Under the pieces are notes generated by a model. It was given only the letters and a program-made list of their open reading frames with translations. It did no database searches and was not told the origin of the DNA. The translations under genes and the position numbers were made by a program. Positions 59,475-64,000 of a DNA stretch of 64,000 bases are shown piece by piece. Numbering within the stretch: position 1 is the stretch's first letter; each line of letters starts with the position of its first letter. The DNA lies in assembly GCA_023667245.1 (NCBI GenBank), contig JAMPAL010000003.1, positions 34,173 through 98,172 on the forward strand. The letters are read 5' to 3'. The stretch comes from Anaeroplasma bactoclasticum. Its GTDB lineage: Bacteria; Bacillota_I; Bacilli_A; ML615J-28; CAG-313.

Positions 59475-60434
59475 TTATTTTTTTAATTCTTTTGTCATAT
59501 AGAAGTATGACTTAAAGACCTCAAATCCCATATGTCTATAGAAATCTAGAAGACCAGTCCAATCAATAATAATCTCACTAGCATCTTCATCGATTAGCAT
59601 ATTATGCGCATAAGCAACAATATCATAACCTATATTTCTTTTTCGATATGCGATATCTACTCCTAGTGGTCCAATTCCACCTAGAGCATCAAAACGATTA
59701 CGCCATGTTTGGCTATAACTAATTAAATTGGTATGGGTATTAGGATATCCTACTTTTGCAAATGCACAGATTTTTCCTTTATCCATTGCCAATACATATT
59801 CCCTACCTGTTCCTCCATTATTGAAATAATCAATCGCTTCTTTGGTCCAACGTCCAGGCCAATTTTTATAAATAAATTGGATAATTGATTCCTTATCCGT
59901 TATACTTGCAATCCTATATTGAATCTCATTATTTTTAAGCGGCAGTTTTTGCTTAAAAACACCTTTGATGCTTTTGATTAAATCATACGTATCATATGGT
60001 CTAACGAATCCTCTTTTTTCAAAAAAATCAGTACTATTTTTTAAATCCACTGGAAGACCAGGAAAGTAATTTAAATAGTCTTTTCCTAAATAGATACGTT
60101 TTTTCTCTAATACTCTCATTTCTTTTTCTACTAGTTCAAGTAGTCTTGAACCTATTCCTTGATTCCGATATTTAGAATCAACATAAAATAAGCTAATCCA
60201 GCCACTATCTTGATAGGTTGGAATTTCAAAATCGTCCTTCCAAATTTTGGCTAAAATAAAGCCTATTAGTTTATCTTCATCGTTTAATACGATATAAGAT
60301 CCCTTTAAATAAATGTTTAAATTATTCCTTTGAAATAGTTCCTCTGAAATTGGAAATATATAACCATAAGCCTCATTCCATAAGGCGTATACTTCATATA
60401 TAGATTTATAATTTTGAATTTGAATATATTTCAT
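59475..60434 (-). CDS. GNAT-family N-acetyltransferase (two-lobed)
   Basis: 319 aa: RNQGIGSRLLELVEKEM (acetyl-CoA binding motif A) and a second GNAT-like half. Confidence 0.65.
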   Translation of the reverse strand: MKYIQIQNYKSIYEVYALWNEAYGYIFPISEELFQRNNLNIYLKGSYIVLNDEDKLIGFILAKIWKDDFEIPTYQDSGWISLFYVDSKYRNQGIGSRLLELVEKEMRVLEKKRIYLGKDYLNYFPGLPVDLKNSTDFFEKRGFVRPYDTYDLIKSIKGVFKQKLPLKNNEIQYRIASITDKESIIQFIYKNWPGRWTKEAIDYFNNGGTGREYVLAMDKGKICAFAKVGYPNTHTNLISYSQTWRNRFDALGGIGPLGVDIAYRKRNIGYDIVAYAHNMLIDEDASEIIIDWTGLLDFYRHMGFEVFKSYFYMTKELKK

Positions 60435-60486
60435 TTTTTATAAAGAGGTGAAGTTTACCTCCTCCACCTCCTTTTTAATCTAAGAA

Positions 60487-63400
60487 TTAGTGTCTTTTTC
60501 TCAATACTACTGCTAATAATGCAGCGGCACCAGCGATTTCAAGAACTAATAATGCACCACTTCCGCAACCTTTTTTAGTCACTTTGGATTGAATTGTTTC
60601 AACATTACCACCAATAGTATCTACTTCAGTTTTAAGAGCGTCAACTGCATTTTTAATAGATTGAACTTCATCTTTAGTTGCAGTATTGTTCATTAAATTA
60701 GCCAATTTTTCTAATTCAGCTTTAATATCTTTAACAGATACATCTAATGCATCTACTTTATCTAATATATCTTGAATTTCAGCGGTTAATTCACCAAGAG
60801 AATCTTTTAAATCACCAAATTCATTCATAAGATTTTCTTCTACATATTTATTAGCAACAATTGTCAAAACAAATGATTTAGAAGTTGTATTACCTGCTCT
60901 ATCTCTTGCAGTAATTGTAACAGTTTCTGTTCTATCTTTACCTGCTACACCCATTTTGTTTGTATCAATTGCTTTACTAGATTGATATACAGTTTGAAGA
61001 TCAGCGATATCTAACAAATTGCCATCTACTACATCATATGCATAAACAACTGCATCTAAAGCATTGAAGTTATCACCTTGAAGAACACTCATATTACGAA
61101 CTTGTAATAATGGAGCAGTCATATCACGAACTTCAACTTGGAAAGTCTTAGTAGCTTTCTTAGTACGCGCATTGTTCCAAATTGTGGCTACAACTGTATG
61201 GATACCTTCTGTAGGGTTGTTCCAATCCAATGTAGTATCAAATTCGATATTTTGAGAAATATCATTACCTAATAATTCAACACCATTGTATTGAGCATCA
61301 TATGCTTTAACGATAGCAAATCTATCAATTGGTGCAATTGATAATGCATCACCTACTTGTGTAGGGAAATATAATAAATTATTATTGTTTACTTCAATTA
61401 CAGGTGTATAAGAATCAACAACTACATATTTAATAGTTAATGTACTTGAAATATTTGTGCTAGAATTATAAACTCTATAATTCATTACCCAATTTTCGCC
61501 AGGATATGATTTAGAAGCATCAATTACAACATCATTCCATTTATCAAGATTACTTCTAGTATCCATCCATGCAGTATTATTTCCATCTTGGAAATTCATA
61601 CCAAAATATCCATGTTGTTGACCATTTAAGAAATACCAGAATGCATAAGCTATTGTTTGTGGTGAACCACAGAAATAACTAGTAGCTGCATCTTTAACAT
61701 GACCTAAACTTCCAGCATAAGTGTCTCCACCAGGATATGCTAACATAGTTTGATAAATTTTTTCAATTAACCAACCCCATTTTTCTCTATTTGCAGGAAT
61801 ATTCCAGAATGCAGGCATTTCTTCAGATGGATAATCTGGTTTAGCCGCATTATCTGCATTTGTAGCAAAGAATTGACCCCAAGAGAAGTTAGATTGGAAA
61901 TTAGCTGCTGTATCAAACTTAATTTCAGATACATCAACACCTTTCCATGCAGCAATATCAGCTAAGAAATCTTTAACGATATCATCCATTGAAGTATAGT
62001 CATTTGTTTTTTCAACAAGAGTTAATGTAGAACCACCATTTTTAGATGAAGTAATATAGAACTCTAGACTATCAGAAGAAGATGTATAAGATGTAAGATC
62101 ATCTTCTCTACTCCAATATCTCATAACACCATTGTAGTTAATATTTTTAGTAGGACTATATACATCACCTGCCATAATTTCTACAACATTTTGACCTTCT
62201 AATAGTTTGTAAGTTGTATCATTAATTACCTTTTCATCAAAAGAAATATCTGAAACAGAGAAACTATAAGTTCTTTGTTCACCCATACCAATTAATGTTT
62301 CAGTTTGATTACCAGCTTTGTCCACTTTATTGAATTCTTTACGTCCATATAGGTAACCATAAATAACAGTTTCATTAAAGAATTTATCATTTGTAACTTT
62401 ACCTTTATCTAAGTAACCATAGTCAAATACATATCCACCAGCAGGAATTCTAACAGTAGCAACACAAGTACGTACAGATGAATTTGCAATTTGTGTAGCT
62501 TCTTCTTCTGTCTTACCTTGACCAATTAATGTTTGTTTATATGCGTTAACTTGATCACCTTTTACATTACAAGTGTTATCAGCAGAACCAACAAATGCAA
62601 TACACATATATCCACCATCTTGTTCATAGCAGTAATCCCAAAGATTTGGATCCCAACCAGCAGAAAGATAAGGAACTGTATTTACATTTTCAGGTTTAGT
62701 TGTGAAATATTCCCAAACAAATCTTGAGTAAACAAGTCTATCTTTGTCTGTTTCAATCATAATAGGATTGCCATCTTCATCTAATACAGCATTTCCTTCT
62801 TCATCAAGTTGTTGTTGCATTTCTTTATCGCAAGTAACACCTTCTGCAATTTTAGTAACAACGCCATTAGAATAGCAATATTCAGGAGCGAATTTAAATG
62901 TGCCTTCTGCAGAATTATAAACTTCATCTAGTGCAATACCACGAATCAATTGACCCTTAGCATTAAAAATCATTGCACGATTATAATAGTTTGTACCTTC
63001 ATCCCCTAATCCCATTTGAGTTGGATTAATTTCAATATCAACACCTGAAATATTGGTTCTCATATGTGATAATGATGGGTCAGATGCTTGACCGCCTTTA
63101 GCAGCTAAAGCACCATCAGACATTTTCACAGCAACAATTTTTTTATTACCATTTGCATCTAGAACAGGGATTCTATTACCATCTTCATCTAAAAGGTATT
63201 TTGTTCCAGCTTCATTTCTTTGATACTCGTAATCATAGAATAAGATATTTTTACCAGCACCGATAACAAAATCGCCATTGCTTTCAACAGCTACAGTGTG
63301 TCCTGAGAAATAAACTGCGTAATATTTACCTGTTGGATTGCCGTTTTCATCAAATTGCGCAACTCTTAGTCTAGTTTCATTCCAAGGATACATTCTTGAA

Positions 63401-63618
63401 GGACCAGACCAATTATTATCAGGCTCAGCTTCATTATCATAATAATTTGGGAAAGTAGTATAAATACTATCCATGATATAAACAGGGATTTCATCCGCTG
63501 CTAATGTTGGGTCTTGCGTAATTTTGCCTGCAGCTTTAGCAGGAGTATTTACCGCAAAAACGCCAACGAATGCAATTGTGAGTAACATTGTACTCAAAAA
63601 AGCAAAAACTTTTTTCAT
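60487..63618 (-). CDS. large secreted cell-surface protein with Ig-like domains, a coiled-coil stalk and an unusual C-terminal GCGSG-hydrophobic-RKRH membrane anchor
   Basis: 1043 aa: signal peptide (AKA/AGK cleavage site), a globular region, two Ig-like (DUF5011-type) domains, a roughly 90-aa heptad-repeat coiled coil, then TKKGCGSGALLVLEIAGAAALLAVVLRKRH. There is no LPXTG. Confidence 0.7.
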   Translation of the reverse strand: MKKVFAFLSTMLLTIAFVGVFAVNTPAKAAGKITQDPTLAADEIPVYIMDSIYTTFPNYYDNEAEPDNNWSGPSRMYPWNETRLRVAQFDENGNPTGKYYAVYFSGHTVAVESNGDFVIGAGKNILFYDYEYQRNEAGTKYLLDEDGNRIPVLDANGNKKIVAVKMSDGALAAKGGQASDPSLSHMRTNISGVDIEINPTQMGLGDEGTNYYNRAMIFNAKGQLIRGIALDEVYNSAEGTFKFAPEYCYSNGVVTKIAEGVTCDKEMQQQLDEEGNAVLDEDGNPIMIETDKDRLVYSRFVWEYFTTKPENVNTVPYLSAGWDPNLWDYCYEQDGGYMCIAFVGSADNTCNVKGDQVNAYKQTLIGQGKTEEEATQIANSSVRTCVATVRIPAGGYVFDYGYLDKGKVTNDKFFNETVIYGYLYGRKEFNKVDKAGNQTETLIGMGEQRTYSFSVSDISFDEKVINDTTYKLLEGQNVVEIMAGDVYSPTKNINYNGVMRYWSREDDLTSYTSSSDSLEFYITSSKNGGSTLTLVEKTNDYTSMDDIVKDFLADIAAWKGVDVSEIKFDTAANFQSNFSWGQFFATNADNAAKPDYPSEEMPAFWNIPANREKWGWLIEKIYQTMLAYPGGDTYAGSLGHVKDAATSYFCGSPQTIAYAFWYFLNGQQHGYFGMNFQDGNNTAWMDTRSNLDKWNDVVIDASKSYPGENWVMNYRVYNSSTNISSTLTIKYVVVDSYTPVIEVNNNNLLYFPTQVGDALSIAPIDRFAIVKAYDAQYNGVELLGNDISQNIEFDTTLDWNNPTEGIHTVVATIWNNARTKKATKTFQVEVRDMTAPLLQVRNMSVLQGDNFNALDAVVYAYDVVDGNLLDIADLQTVYQSSKAIDTNKMGVAGKDRTETVTITARDRAGNTTSKSFVLTIVANKYVEENLMNEFGDLKDSLGELTAEIQDILDKVDALDVSVKDIKAELEKLANLMNNTATKDEVQSIKNAVDALKTEVDTIGGNVETIQSKVTKKGCGSGALLVLEIAGAAALLAVVLRKRH

Positions 63619-63665
63619 AAAATAATTTTCCTCCTATTTATATATTTGAAAGCGTTTGCGATTAT

Positions 63666-63694
63666 ATTATAACATAACAAAGAATCCTTTGCAA
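63666..63694 (-). promoter_or_regulatory. sigma-A type promoter (TTGCAA-17-TATAAT) of the surface-protein gene
   Basis: On the minus strand: TTGCAA (63689-63694), a 17-nt spacer, TATAAT (complement of 63666-63671). An RBS AGGAGG lies 7 nt before the ATG. Confidence 0.65.
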
Positions 63695-63762
63695 GGAAAT
63701 TAGTATAATTTTTTAAAAACGTTTACATCATTTTTTGCCTTTTTGCAAATTTTTATAAAAAA

Positions 63763-63797
63763 TGGAAAAAGTTGCCGAATATAGGGCAACTTTTTCT
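63763..63797. terminator. rho-independent terminator downstream of nagB
   Basis: Hairpin aagttgcc-gaatatag-ggcaactt flanked by T-runs. Confidence 0.6.
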
Positions 63798-63807
63798 ATT
63801 CCTCTCA

Positions 63808-64000
63808 TTACATTTTAGAATAAGCCTCTTGATCTATAATTACAGTTACGTCAGGATGGTTATGCAAAATAGATGCTGGAAAATCTGGTGTTACTTCTCC
63901 GCTTAATAGTTTCACAACAGTATCTGCTTTGCTTATACCACTAATCAACATTAGAATTTTCTTTGCTTGCATAATATTTTGAATACCCATTGTAATGGCA
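63808..64000 (-). CDS. nagB: glucosamine-6-phosphate deaminase (C-terminal part; gene continues beyond the window)
   Basis: Translation ...QAKKILMLISGISKADTVVKLLSGEVTPDFPASILHNHPDVTVIIDQEAYSKM matches the NagB C-terminus. Confidence 0.7.
   Translation of the reverse strand, partial: AITMGIQNIMQAKKILMLISGISKADTVVKLLSGEVTPDFPASILHNHPDVTVIIDQEAYSKM

Noticed and set aside
1-64000. Mobile elements, prophage or a defence island
   Set aside because: No transposase, integrase, recombinase, phage structural genes, restriction-modification or toxin-antitoxin signatures were recognised. tRNA-adjacent regions contain no integrase. The window looks like core chromosome plus surface-protein and catabolic genes.

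Overview
This is a 64 kb, very AT-rich, gene-dense chromosomal window from a low-GC Gram-positive bacterium, almost entirely transcribed on the minus strand. A spore germination protease (gpr) and a CotD-like coat protein sit beside a Mollicutes-style Opp oligopeptide transporter (ATPases with coiled-coil inserts, OppC with a large ectodomain) and many lipoproteins carrying Listeria-Bacteroides repeats, which fits an endospore-forming Erysipelotrichia-like Firmicute. I consider this assignment tentative. Recognisable content includes gpr, an ECF S-component/DUF362/flavoredoxin operon, a five-tRNA operon (Leu-Asp-Arg-Pro-Gly) with a consensus sigma-A promoter and terminator, efp, ispH, pheST and trpS (each behind a T-box leader), clpP, rluD-like, a small alarmone synthetase divergent from a CYTH protein, and spx. 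It also includes a complete Opp operon (oppA-B-C-D-F), a 2104-aa surface lipoprotein (Big_2 + List-Bact repeats + beta-helix + C-terminal amidase_2) and a GH18 lipoprotein. A tight operon of a DUF1538 membrane protein with two PII-like proteins lies next to a membrane-anchored XRE-HTH protein. A roughly 10 kb operon joins MurNAc/peptidoglycan recycling (NamZ-like, MupG-like, MurK-like, AnmK, MurQ) to an EtfAB + FAD-dependent lactate dehydrogenase module; a partial nagB lies at the window edge. I saw no transposases, integrases, CRISPR arrays or obvious defence genes. The most interesting candidates are the MurQ-to-Etf/LDH coupling, the DUF1538-PII-PII module, the giant beta-helix/amidase lipoprotein, and a surface protein with an unusual C-terminal GCGSG-TM-RKRH anchor. 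All calls rest on reading the sequence and ORF translations; no database searches were run.
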